Shown: positions 26,701 through 39,280 of the stretch, one piece after another
Layout: every line of letters starts with the position of its first letter
Position numbering within the stretch: the first letter of the stretch is position 1
DNA from: Bugula neritina
Lineage: Eukaryota; Animalia; Bryozoa
Direction of reading: 5' to 3'
Assembly: GCA_964035545.1 (NCBI GenBank)
Contig: OZ037768.1
Coordinates: forward strand, 1,604,384-1,668,383
DNA length: 64,000 nucleotides
Position numbers and translations under genes: made by a program
The notes under the pieces: model-generated
The model's input: only the letters and a program-made list of their open reading frames with translations
Told to the model about the DNA's origin: nothing
Databases searched by the model: none

Positions 26701-28606
26701 TTGTATTTTTACCTCTATAGTAAATGTGTGCAAATCAGTGAAGTGCTTGACTTTACGTTTGTGATTTTAGTATACGTGAGAAAAGATAAGCAGGGAAAGG
26801 CTGAGTTAGTGCTGTTGGACCATGGACTATATGAATATATGGAAGCCACTGAAAGGATAGCCTTAGCCAACATGTTTAAAGCCATCGTACTTAAGGATGA
26901 GGAGGCAATGCGTCTGCATGCGCACACAATGAATGTAGACGGTGCGTGTAGAACTGGAACTTGGTTTAATAATGTGCTGAAATAATAGATTTGTGTGGTA
27001 GTTTGTTGTCTGTGAATTAACAGGTTTAGTTGTTTTGTCAAGAAAAATCGTGATGTTTCTTGAGTCATCAGCATTTAATTACTTACTGTTACATCATCAT
27101 AATATAGTTTGTCTTAGCGTCGGTGACTAGACTGATTTTGTGTACTGTTTGATACACTTCCTGTTCCTGTTGGACATGAGTATGTCAAAGATGAACTGCT
27201 CAACTCTGTTCTAGTTTCGCCAGAAATGTTCCCAAATATTTGACTCCACGAGTGGCAATGAGATGGAGATGCTAACCTTAGGATGTAACGCTGTGTTGTA
27301 GAATGGCATCTGTTGGCTTGTTGCCTCACTCAGAAATATGTGGCCACCAAATCTAACCCGCCGCCTGATTGGAGGAAGATTAAAAATAAATCTGATTGGA
27401 AGAAGCTCTCCGAACAGGAAAAGAAGGAGATTCGGGATTATTTTGAAGATTTACATTCGAGGATGTTGGACGTTATGAAGCAGATGCCAAAACCTCTCAT
27501 GCTGATTATGAGGTGCTGACACTTACTATTATTATCATGTAAGGCTAGTGTTGATTGGTGGAATTCTCTTTGAGTGTTTCACACATGGCAGCACCAATTC
27601 GCAACTTTTTAAAGATTTTCACCAGTTAGATTGTTCGGTGTACTGTAGTAGTGTGTACTGTAGTAGTGTGTACTGTAGTGGTGTGTACTGTAGTAGTATA
27701 CTGTAGTAGTATACTGTAGTAGTGTGTACTGTAGTGGTGTGTACTGTAGTAGTGTGTACTGTAGTAGTATACTGTGGTAGTGTGGTACTGTAGTAGTGTG
27801 TACTGTAAATGCTGTAGGAATCTGAACACCATACGATCTATACACCGTGACCATGGCAACCTCGTCAACAGATACATTATCATGGCCCGCAGGTTGGTTT
27901 ACTGTTACTTCTCTTACTGCAGCATTATTACATACAGACTGTAGTTTGGGCTGTTACCTGCCTGGGACTAGACTGTATTTATGTGTGTCTTTATTAGATG
28001 TCTAAACGTCATTGAAGTAGATAAGTTTGTGGAAGTGTGCAATAGTTTTGGTGTACAGTTACCCTGAACTACACAATGACCCTTGTTATGTGCTGGATTA
28101 CTAAATAGCTGTTAGTACATCATAGTAGAATATTCTATCATACTCCTATAACATTGTTAATCTTTTCTACCGTACCATTGTTTCCAGTGCTGTGGAAGGG
28201 GCAGAGAAATCCACACGGCAGGGACACGGGTTGCTGTCAATAGCCAAAAGTTACAAAGAAAGGTTCATGTTTGAATACCATCTAAAGTGAGCGTCACACT
28301 TGTTAAATGTTGCATTTGTACAACTGATAAGAATTTGGTTTTTCTTGTTATAATGTATACCAAGTCATTAGTAACTCGATGTTGAAAAAGACTGCATCTT
28401 CCCTCAAAGTCATTTCATTTATTTATCCTCTCCAATGATTCTAAATAACCCAATATTTGATAATTTGTGATTTTTTTTCCACCATTATTTGGTTTAGATT
28501 GGACTCTATACGTTCCTGGCTACTTGTGAAAGCTTTGACGGTGCTGGTGTGGCTTGGCAGAGTGCCCGATTTTGAAGCGACACTCAATAGAAACTCACCT
28601 CAGTAA
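23735..28606 (+). CDS. ADCK5: aarF domain-containing atypical kinase 5 (UbiB/ABC1 family); exons 23735-23955, 24156-24420, 24807-24947, 25332-25445, 25606-25737, 26043-26126, 26351-26432, 26771-26941, 27302-27512, 27818-27892, 28188-28286, 28498-28606
   Basis: [11 protein letters not shown] (KxGQ), [45 protein letters not shown] and [11 protein letters not shown]. The VQYIDLxDRF and [13 protein letters not shown] segments favour ADCK5 over ADCK1. Basic N-terminus resembles a mitochondrial presequence. Confidence 0.93.
26115..26320. repeat. ~40-43-bp minisatellite duplicating the ADCK5 exon 6 donor
   Basis: Unit tgtccccactgtac|gtaagtagttcactgattagtagttg, ~5 copies; the exon end is tgtccctacgtgac|gtaagt. 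Confidence 0.85.
27638..27808. repeat. 13/15-bp minisatellite (gtactgtagtagtgt) just before the ADCK5 exon 10 acceptor
   Basis: About 12 copies, most with CTGTAG identical to the real acceptor gCTGTAG| at 27817. Confidence 0.9.
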
Positions 28607-29845
28607 GTGGTTAAGACATCAAATTCGCCTAAGTTTATATGAAAATTTTTTGAAGTGTTTTGAAATTGTTTAAGTGACTTTTCAAAAGTCTGGGCTCAGG
28701 ATTCAAAGTGATTATACGTATAGCAGGTCGTTTTGACTTGTCAAGTAAAAGGCAACCTTTTTCGGCTGATGGTAAATATCGGGGAGGGGGTGGGGTGGAT
28801 GGTGGAGTCGTACCAAGAGCTGTCAATCATTACTTTTCTAAGTCGCTGGCGGAAGTCCAACAGTCTAACTCTGATGCAGATTTACTTCAATAGCTGTTGG
28901 TATTTAGTGTACATAAAACATATTGTGAGGACAATTCCTAAAAGCTCTTGGTTTATACTGCCCAATTTCTGCAGGCAATGAGTGCTTGGCAGGTTCTGTT
29001 AGTTCATATAAGTATAAAATTCTGTTGTTTGTAGGGACATCGAGCTGAAAACATTGAACTAATATTAGATATAAAGTCAAATTCACTTCAGATATACCAC
29101 TCAGGGACATTAATTAGGCAAATTCCTGGCGACACATTTGGTTGGCTGAATACTTTAGATATGGGAGGTACCAGAGTATATTGATTGGAGATTATAGTTG
29201 AGTGAAATCAATGAATTGTTGACTCCCACAGAGATATTATATATTAAATTAAAGAGCTCTGTATCATTGCATCTCCGCTGTTGATGACACAGTATCAAGT
29301 GACATGTTCTGTACAACTGAACATTAAAAAATTAATTAGTATTTATAATTTAATAACTCAGACATGATTTCTTATATAAATTGTTAACAAATAATAGATT
29401 TTTATGTAATGATTACTTTTATATTGAAGTTTATTTTCAAAATATTTGATAAGATTTACATGTAATTTATTTCTTATTATTTTGAACTGTTTACTTTACA
29501 ATACTTCAATACTGTGATAGTCTAGTTACTTTTTTGATTTAATAAAAAAAATGCTAAATTTTAGATATTTCATTTTTTTTAATAAAAGACATGAAAATTA
29601 AAAATTTGATAAAATTAGTAACTTTTTGATGCTTAATAAACAGGAGAGGATTTGGTTACGAAACGTAGCTCTCTAAAAAAAGAAATTGAGATCAAAATTA
29701 ATAAAAAACAAGCTGCAATAGTTGTTGAAAATGACCAAAACTACATCAATGTGGACACCAAAAATTCATTAAATTTGCAACAAATTTACCTTTGCACAAA
29801 ATCTCCGTTGCATAGCACCAACACAAAATGTATGGCGCATACAAC

Positions 29846-31146
29846 TTAGTCATCATGCAATGGAATACAGAACTTATTGCCAAAAGGGGACTGATACTTT
29901 ATACCAACAACGGAAAAAAGTTTTTTAGGAAGGCCAATATCACAGAGGTATGTCTGGCCAGCAGAAGTTGGGAGGGGTAGGGGAAGCCCGATGTGCACCG
30001 ACCACTTGGTATTTACAGAACACCCGCTAAGTGGAGGATCTAAAATATACAAGTTTCTATTAGACATAGTAACTAGTAACTAACTGTAACTAGTAACTAA
30101 CTGTAACTAGTATCTAACTGTAACTAGTAACTAACTGTAACTAGTAACTCACTGTAACTAGTAACTCACTGTAACGAGTAACTAACCATATGTAATTCAA
30201 TAAAATCAACTAGCCGAAGACTAAACAGGCAAGTGAGGTGATAAAACACATTTTGGCTGCCAGTAAAAGCTTACCTATAGCCAACACGTGAGCCCGGGTT
30301 GCATCGCACCAGCTAGACAAGGATCTATACCAATTGTTCCTAGAATAATGGGGCCCAGTGGAACTGTCCAAGCAGTTGATTATTAGGTCAACCGCTCCCG
30401 AAGGAAGATCTAAGAAGTTGTGTATACATGAAATAGGATGCAGTACATGTGGACTAGACTGATAGTATATTGCATATTAAAATATTAACTATATTATCCT
30501 TTATAACTAAGTAATTTATTCGACTATTCCTTCAAGGTGACAACAGAGAGCAGTATGTAGTGTCAGAGTATCAGGAATCCCCCTGCACTACAAAGTGTGA
30601 CTGTACTGTGTAGTGAATATACACACCTTCAACCCTATCAATCCGCTTATTTCCACACAAATCATATAGACTGAGCTCTCGGGAGATGTGAGGGGATAGA
30701 GGTGTACTTGAGGGGGGAGTGAAGACAACGGTCCTTATATTGTGGTTGGCCAAGTGTCTGGCACAGTTTATCCCGTAAGTGCCTTGCATGTGGTGGCCAC
30801 AGAACAGAACTATTGTAGGATACTGATGATTGTTCTGTGGGTTGAGTCTGCAATGAAAGTCATACATGTACAGAGAGTAAAGTGGGTGTTACACATGATA
30901 TGTGACAATTTATTGCATATGTAGTATAGTATATACAGCTAGAACATACTACACTCTGCATGTATACATGTGTTAATAGTAGAGGTATTAATAGTAAACG
31001 TAGTAGTGGTAGTAGTATTAGTAGTAGTGGTAGTAGTAATAGTAGTAGTAGTAGTATTAGTATTAATAGTAAAAGTAGTAGTGGTAGTAGTAGTAGTAGT
31101 ATAAGTAGTAGTAGTAATAGTAATAGTAGTAGTAGTAGACTAGTAA

Positions 31147-31202
<56 letters not shown>

Positions 31203-33273
31203 ATAGTAGTAGTAGTAGTATTAGTATTAGTAGTAGTAGCAGTAGTAATATTTACCTGCTACTCCCTCCAATGAGCTGGAAAACCATGTCACTTGTATTC
31301 CTGCCAACCATGTTTATTCTAGTTTGTTCTGTGTACCCAGCAATAGCAGCCTTAGCAAACAACTTATCTCTCATCTCACAAGATATGCAGGGGACAACCA
31401 AACCTTCACCTTTAATAGGTAATAATTGGAAGTGAAGCAGAACTCATATGCATTTGCTGATTGGCTGGCAAGACTACAGGGTATAGGAAAGTGGCTGGGG
31501 CACAGTTGGGAAGAAGTTTGATGAAAATAATCCAAAAATAGTAATAAATAAAAATCATTTTTATATTCTAATTACAAAAAGCCACATATTATATGATCGA
31601 CATTTAGTTTACATAATGTGAAACAAATTAGTCTGCCTTAAGACTCTTACATCTTCAATTTAAACAATCTGCATCCACCCTGGCAGACTGACAGTTGTCT
31701 CTTGTGTACAACTACTAATAAGAAGGGTACTGGTAAAGATACAGGTGTATAAGGTACAAGTAAGGTACAGGTGTATAAGGTACAAGTAAGGTACAGGTGT
31801 ATAAGGTACAAGTAAGGTACAGGTGTATAAGGTACAAGTAAGGTACAGGTGTATAAGGTACAAGTAAGGTACAGGTGTATAAGGTACAAGTAAGGTACAG
31901 GTGTATAAGGTACAAGTAAGGACAGGTACTGCCTACCAGTGGTGTAGGATACTTTTTCTGCTGATTCATTGTCATTTGCCAATTCGATTTGTCTGACAGG
32001 TTTAGATTTGATGACCATCTCAGTGTGTTTGTATTTATCGGGTTTCTTAGGAGTGGCGCGGTGTCGGCGGCCATTTTCAATCTCATCATATACCTGAATA
32101 CAGCAGTCACAATATTGTACAACAAATACAGTCGATATATTTATTACAGATAAATTACACAGAACCAACCTGCTGCTTGTTAAACATGGCCAAGTTCTTC
32201 TGGAAATCAAAGTCGCCCATACACGATTCAACGGACACATCAAAGCAGTCTGTTTGTCCAGCCTGCTGTCTGTATTTAGGAGTTCTTCGAGATTGATCAA
32301 ATCGCTTAGGCGAGTTATGACCGTCATAGTTGGTATTGGTCAGGTCTACTGAGGTGACTGTGACAGAGAGAAGATAAATCCTACAGAGCTTGAATGTTGG
32401 GAATATCGTATGAACAATTGAATTTATATATTTGCTTAAATATGATTGTAGGAGATAATTTCACATTCAATCACCAAAAGATCTAAAATCTATTTTAAAT
32501 TATTGCACATAACTCTGACAAGTTTATTATATATTGACATTATAAATGAAAATGTGGAAGTTTGCCAGAGTAGGTTGTAACTAGAATTATCACAAAAGAG
32601 AAAAGAAGTTTACATACATGAGTTTGATCTTCTTCTAGAAGGGTGCTTTTGTTCGCCATTTGAGTTTACTTTTACAGCTGTGTTGGCCCGCACGACGCGA
32701 ACTGGCTTTTTGTTTTCTTTTTTATGAGATGATTTCTCCTTTTCATCACTCGTATCGGAAGATTGAATTTCCGCAAACTTTTGAATAGGAGGTGTAGTTT
32801 CAATAAACTTCAGATCTTTTATTTGAGCTGACCTATATAACAGACATTAGATATAAGATTGCAGACAGACTACCTAGCAAAACCAAAAACTGGCTTTACA
32901 ACTTTAGAGTGAATTAACCAATCAGATATTTAAAGAATTTTACATACAACTTAATTCAAATTTCCACTTTAAAATAACTGAACATGTCTAACAGCTAGAA
33001 AAATCAAATACATCGTGTTTATCAATTCTCATTGACTTGAGAAAACTTTAGAACATTGTACATAAATTGGGAAATATCTATTATTGACATTTGTGTATTT
33101 ATATGCTATACTCACAGTATAGACAAAGAGTTTTGTTCACAAGGCTGTCCATTTCTAATGATGTTTCTGAGAGTTACAGTTGAAGTAGCTGAGTCAACAT
33201 CGGCCACCAAACCTTGATAAACACTTTGATCATAGCACTCTATACTAACTGCTCTGTCTACCCACTCACACAT
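29846..33273 (-). CDS. EDC3: Enhancer of mRNA decapping 3 (LSm + FDF + YjeF_N); exons 33273-33116, 32832-32618, 32357-32170, 32093-31937, 31409-31256, 30847-30627, 30409-30275, 30039-29846
   Basis: LSm N-terminus (WVDRAVSIEC..VYQGLV..VD), FDF motif DFDFQKNLAMFNK, GLVVPCIS, RLNPQNNHQYPTIVLFCG..GINCARHLANH, and C-terminal YLCDIGLP...YQSPFGNKFCIPLH. Confidence 0.96.
30066..30186. repeat. 17-bp minisatellite (aactagtaactaactgt) next to the acceptor of the last EDC3 exon
   Basis: About 7 copies, ending ~25 nt from the acceptor at 30040. Confidence 0.9.
30976..31248. repeat. (AGT)n microsatellite abutting the EDC3 exon 5 donor
   Basis: Long trinucleotide tract starting ~7 nt into the intron (donor at 31255). 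Confidence 0.95.
31725..31930. repeat. 26-bp minisatellite (ggtacaggtgtataaggtacaagtaa) next to the EDC3 exon 4 donor
   Basis: About 7 near-perfect copies beginning a few nt after the donor at 31936. Confidence 0.93.
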
Positions 33274-36200
33274 GCTTACTAGTATCTTAGCTCAGACTCT
33301 ACAAACATATTTTAATAATCTAGTGAGTGTAGCGCATGAGTGAATAAATGAGTGAGTGAGTGAGCCAGTAAGTTAATGAGAGAGTAAGTGAGCTAGTTGG
33401 GGAGTGCAGTAAGTGAGTTATCGAGTGGGTGAGTGAGAAAATTCAAAATATAAGTTAGTAAACAAAACCTTTAGTTTCAACTAAGCAAAAATTTTAAAAG
33501 CTAGAGCAATTAATCTACAAAGTTTACTATTCCGAGGACAATCTTTAAAGGTAAGTAGTTCAATAATAACATATGCACAGCTCATATAGTGCTAATATTA
33601 AATTACTGAAGGCTTTTGAAACTTGCAAATCAAAAGTTGAGAGTCTAGTAATCATTAGTGTAAAATTTTATTGACAGCAAACAAGACCAAAATTCAATTA
33701 AATCTTGAAAACTTATTTTAAACTAATTCAAAACTCATTTAAATTAAAAATACGCTTAATTTTATCCAGCTTTAATGTAGTAAAAGCAAGTTTTATATTT
33801 TAGCATTTTTTCTTTTTTTTTACTACTTCTATTTCTAAATTAATGCTACACATTTCAATAGCCGAAGTTAGTCTCAGTCTGACTTAATCTGATGTAATGA
33901 ATAGCAAATTGCTAAACTAGTTGAAACGGCCGACAACCATTCAGTTTCACAAAGTAAAAAAGTAAGTGGCAATCATGATGAGTTTCAATAATCAGTATGG
34001 CATCATCTGCAAGACTGCAAAGACCTCACTTTGAGTAAATTGAAAGTGACAATCACAATGGGCAATTATTATTTCGACAAATACAATATCATTATTATAA
34101 AAAATTATAAATATTTAAATAATGACATTCAATTTCATATTAATAAATGATATTTAAAAAGAATTATTATTAAAATAAATGCTACATTGAAATCAATAAT
34201 ATTATTGTTAATTATGATATTAAACTTAATATAAATATTATCATTATGTTCATTCATCATTTTACGGTTTAAAAATAATGTTTTGTGTACGAAACGACAG
34301 GAACCCATGGCCATACTAATACAAATACCAAGTCTAAACTGTAATTTAATCGACTAAATCTAATACTAATAGTAACACTCATACTAAGACTAAGAGACAA
34401 TAACTATAACTATAAGCATACTCGCCTTTTAAATAATAAATAGTCGACTAGTTAATTATTAATAGTTGACTTATGACTACACTAACAGTAAGTCCAACTT
34501 CTAAATCTACAAGTTAGAGTAAGAGCTCCGCTAATACTAATAGTAATAGTAATGGTGAAACTGAAATACTTTAACTTTATCATTATGATTATTTTCTCAA
34601 AGTGATAAGACTAAGAGCACAAGGATTGAAATTCAAATAGTAATACGGTTATAAGTAATAACTTATAAGTAAACATAACTATGAACTGTTGGTGCTATAT
34701 TTATAGTTATTCACTTAGTTATTCGCTTTGAGCTATACTTGATCTTTTTCATATTGTTATTCACTGTAAGTGTATTATTTGAGTTACTCATCGAAGTATA
34801 ATTTACTATGAGTATGTAGTCCCGAAAGCTTGCAAAAACTGGTTGAAGCAGCACCGAGTTGGTGGTCACTGAGTTTAGGTATTGATGTGTCTACGAATAA
34901 GTTACCCTAGATTTGTGCTGCTTTTAGCAATATTCTAATTTTGTACAAATTAGCCTTGGATTCTGCATGCAGTTTGCCGCTTCGAAGTTTTCAATAATTT
35001 TTATGGGAAATCACAGTCTGGTTATAAAAACAAGTATCTACTGCTATGTGTATCAAAAGTACAAACAGTGAAATGAAATATTATTATATATACAGTATGT
35101 AGGGTTTTCGTTCAATGGTTACAAATCAAAGTTGACGTCAATGGCGCTTTTGACTTTCACTATGTTATATTGGGATATGCAGTTTGGAGTTATTGCATCT
35201 CACCGAATAATGTAATTGGGTTGTAGCCTTCGGTTCAGCTTGAGGTCTGTAGATTGGTACTGGTTGCTTTGCTTGCGAGGTAACTCCAGCACCTGCTGTC
35301 AATTTGGGGGGGGGGGGGGTGAAGTTGAGACTTCGGGTTGGGGTATTTGTCTGTGGGTGCTCCCACTGAGCTGGAAAAGATGATATTATTGAGTTCATTA
35401 GGTGCTTCGCCGTCGATGATCTGGGCCAGCACTCACTAATAAACGCTAACACTTTCTATTCTATTCAAACTTTATATTATTCTCTTTTTTCCACAATCTT
35501 TAATCACTCAATCTTCTCACTTTCTCTCATACACACTCTGTTTTATTTCTCCAACACTCACACAAGCTACACCCACGTTATATTATGTATGTTGATGCAT
35601 ATATTACAGAGTTGTGCATTCCCTATACACACACACACGCAAGAGTAAAAGAAGACAACTACAACTAACTTACAAATTTAGATACAACAACTATGGAGAC
35701 TTCATTACGCTGGTTGTCTGTGCCACTCTTTTATATATAAGTATAAAGGGAACGTTGGGTGCTTTTGTTATATTATTTGACTTTTTCATTTTAAATGTAT
35801 AATTTTTTCAGTTTTGCTTATTGGTATGGCATCGCGAGCAAGCACACACTCACACGTATGAAAGCAACAATAAAGTGCATTAATCGGTAATTAAAATTTG
35901 GTTGTAGCAGTGCTGACAGTGACAAGTACATTGGAAAGCTATTTTGTTTAAATTATATGTTTATTAGATGACTACATTGATATATTTTGCTCCACATTTA
36001 AAAGGTTAAAAGCTGTACTACTTGTTGAATATAAAGTAAATTTGATAAAACTATAAGGCTTTATGTTTTTAAGAATTAAATAAAGCTCACTAACCATGAT
36101 GCAAAAATCATCGATAAAACCTGTTTGTTAACTAAAAAATAACGAAAAGTAAAGAAAATGTAGTAAAATTAGAAAAATATTTAATTATTCAATTTTATTT

Positions 36201-36353
36201 GTTAAAAATTATTAGTTTTTAGCAAAAAAATACATTAGCGCAGCTATAATTTTATAAAATATGCTAAAATGCAGTGTATCCTAAATAAAGTAAAATGACC
36301 TGTTTATATTCAGGGTACTTGACCCATTATCGCGGAAGAAGGCCTTTGGTTGC

Positions 36354-37190
36354 TTATTGAGCTTTTCCCTGCTGTTTCTTTTTCTCTGTTAAAGATACAG
36401 CAGCCTGTGATGGCAGGTTGATGTAACTATCATAGAAAAACTTCGCAAATAAAACAAAGTAACTAAAATACATTACGAATGAATAGCCAATGTTTCTTAT
36501 GGAAACTTCACAGTAACGGCCTTGTTTTTTCACCGAGTAGACATAGAAGTTTATTAAGCAGCCTATCACCATTTGGATAAGTTGAAACAGTGTGATAGAC
36601 ATTCGAATTTTATTGGGAACCCGAATCTTCATGGCTCGAAGTGTGTAGTAGGAGTACATAATCGCATGAGCAGCAAAATTCAGACAAATAAACCAGCGGC
36701 CATAGGATATTTTATTGGGGAAGCTGTACCAAGTGTAAAGAAGAGCAGTGATATGGTGATACCAATGCAGAAATATAAGAGGCTTTTTTCTCAGCACAAT
36801 GAACATCGTGTCTCCCAGTTCTATAATTTTTGACAATGTGAACAGTCCTGCCCAAAACTGAGTGGCCGGGTGCTCCATGTAACTAGCAACACACGAGGAG
36901 TGGTACAGCCCTTCGTAGCGAAGAACATGAATGATTTCTGGCCACATTCTAACTGTGCCAATCACACTAAACAACGCCAGCATGCCGCTCCACAAGGTGA
37001 GTGCCGAACTAAGATCGTACTTCTCTTTTCTTTGCATTATCCATTGAGCTCCAAATATGACGACTACATATACCAGAGACGACCACACGGAGAACATGTA
37101 GTGGTTCTTGACAAACTGCAGTAGAGTTCCATTGTCTAACTTTTCAAACTCAAATGCAGTCATATTGAATGGTTCTACAGTGCCTGCCAT
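36354..37190 (-). CDS. ELOVL6: Elongation of very-long-chain fatty acids protein, ELOVL6/ELOVL3 clade (GNS1/SUR4); single coding exon, 278 aa
   Basis: SKIIELGDT, KKPLIFLHWYHH, HAIMYSYY and ITLFQLIQM motifs; several TM segments; C-terminal Lys cluster. A 5'UTR acceptor ttgcag lies 10 nt upstream of the ATG. Confidence 0.9.
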   Translation of the reverse strand: MAGTVEPFNMTAFEFEKLDNGTLLQFVKNHYMFSVWSSLVYVVVIFGAQWIMQRKEKYDLSSALTLWSGMLALFSVIGTVRMWPEIIHVLRYEGLYHSSCVASYMEHPATQFWAGLFTLSKIIELGDTMFIVLRKKPLIFLHWYHHITALLYTWYSFPNKISYGRWFICLNFAAHAIMYSYYTLRAMKIRVPNKIRMSITLFQLIQMVIGCLINFYVYSVKKQGRYCEVSIRNIGYSFVMYFSYFVLFAKFFYDSYINLPSQAAVSLTEKKKQQGKAQ

Positions 37191-38178
37191 GTTGTATCCC
37201 CTGCAAGGAGCAAAGCATTTCTAATAGCCTAACAGTGCAGAAACAGACTATTCAAGGACCAGATTATTAGTATAAGCACTAATCAGTAATAGACAGCATG
37301 TAATGTAACTTCTGAGGAGAGCACAGACTCAGCAGCCCACAACTCAAGAGTCTCTAATAGAAACGGCAAAGTAAACAGGTCTAACTTCAAGAGGATATGC
37401 AATAAAGAATATAATTGAAACTTTTCTAATTAAACTAACTTTTACTAAACACCAGTAGCTAACAGCTGTTAAAATAAAAATACGTCAGATTCAGTTACAC
37501 TTACTTGCCTATATTATAATTTTTCAGCTAGATGTTAATATACTCATACTGACTGCTGCTCATAAATGCAGGTAAAAACTGAAACTTGGCTAATCAAATT
37601 TTCAACATGAACAGAAAAGATTTAGATTATATTTATCAAAACCTCAAATTTGTTCATTTAGTTAGTAATAATGATAATGATAATACTTGGTTGACATTGG
37701 AGTCGAGGTGACAACTCTACTAATAGGTTCCCGTTTAGTACTTCCCAAAAAACATATAAATTCATCACAAGTTGAAATAATGTTTTCACAAGCTTCTACA
37801 GTCTAAATGTCTTGAGTGAAGTGTTTAGACTCAAGACTTTACTCTTTAGAGTTAAGTGAAGAGTCAAGACCAAGAAGATAAAGATCTAACCACAAAAACA
37901 AACATCAAAGCTGTAACTTAAACTATAAGTATAACCTAATAGTAATTCATTGATTCACAATAAATATTACCTCACTCACCACAAAGGCAAAGTATAATGA
38001 TAATCCCGCTTGCCAGGCTTCGGCTAACACCATATGATATGCCTGTGGGGCAATAGAATACTGAATAAATTTTCTATTGATGTTCATGTTGATGATAACA
38101 ACTTAGCCCTCATAGTCATACCTAAGGGCTAAGGCTAAGCCTAATGAACTGGAAAATATTTTTGGTTCAGTGCCCATA

Positions 38179-39094
38179 CACTGCGTTTCCATACACTGCG
38201 TTTCCATTATCGCATTATGCGAATGGATTTGCTCATTCGCCCTATGGAAACAGTTGCATCGAAGCAAAACCGCAGCCGGAAATTACACCGAACGGCTCCT
38301 TCGATGAAAATTTTCCTTCGCATTATGCGCATCATGGAAATGGTTCCTTCGGTTAAATCGAATGAAACCTTTTGTGTCGGAGGCAGAGATCAGCACTTGT
38401 GGCGGCTAGTTACATAGTTACGCGATGTAAACAATAATTATAAGTTACAACCTACGCTAAAGTGTACTATGACTTTTAAAAATTTAAATTTTTTTATTTA
38501 TCCTAGCTGCTATTATTTAGAATAATTACTAATCATCTTAAATTTTGTAAAACTTTTCTGCAAGCCAAAGCTTTCTTGAGCTAAAAATAAGTTGACAGCT
38601 ATTTTCATTTTGAAAATTTAAATTACTTTTAAGCTTTAGTTTATCGATCAAGAAATACTTTATCATTATGCTTTCATTGGTTTATGTTTTTTTTATTTCA
38701 AATAAACTGACTCAAAGTTTGTGTATTTAATTGATTTAATCTATCAAAAATGGGGACAGAATTAAAAAATTGTCGTTGTGCATGAACTCAAACTCAAAGT
38801 TGGCCATATTAATTATAATTTTAGTTCAGCCGTCACAGTTGCAAAGAGAAGATAACTTCGTACGGATTGCATAGGAACGTGTGGTTTTTCCTTCGATGTA
38901 ATCCGTACGGGCATCCGTACGCATTCATTCGCCTTCATGGAAACGCAGTGATTATCGCATTATGCGAATGGATTTTTTCATTCGGCTAATGGAAACAGTT
39001 ATATCGAATGAAACCGCAACTATAAGTTAATGCAAACCACAAATAATCCGTACGGGAATTCGTTCGCATTATGCGCAGTCATGGAAACGCAGTG
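38179..39094. mobile_element. Non-autonomous DNA transposon (MITE) with CACTGCGTTTCCAT terminal inverted repeats
   Basis: Left TIR duplicated (38179, 38194); right TIR ATGGAAACGCAGTG at 39081-39094 and again at 38937-38950. Repeated CGCATTATGCG and TCCGTACGG palindromes; AT-rich core. TSD is imperfect (ata/att). Confidence 0.85.
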
Positions 39095-39183
39095 ATTTAC
39101 TGACCTTCTATGGTGCCATACCAACGGTGTAACGTTATTATATTTAAATACCGTGTTGCAGTAGACAAACGCAAGCTTGTAGT

Positions 39184-39220
39184 CACTGAACTGGAAATAA
39201 TAACTTTTTCCAGTTCATTG
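39184..39220. mobile_element. 37-bp minimal TIR element with 8-bp TSD (hAT-like)
   Basis: cttgtagt|CACTGAACTGGAAA-taataactt-TTTCCAGTTCATTG|cttgtagt: 14-bp TIR with one mismatch and a perfect 8-bp direct repeat. Confidence 0.75.
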
Positions 39221-39280
39221 CTTGTAGTAGTTAAAAGTCATTCTGCATGTATCAAATAATAGTACTATGATTATCTAGTA

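Noticed and set aside
31647-32327. 226-aa minus-strand ORF as a single gene
   Set aside because: A chimera of an off-frame part of EDC3 exon 3, in-frame exon 4 and the intronic 26-bp repeat.
35165-35452. GC-richer minus-strand ORFs between EDC3 and ELOVL
   Set aside because: Non-ATG starts, a poly-G run and stops in all frames; possibly a decayed repeat or UTR, and no family could be recognised.
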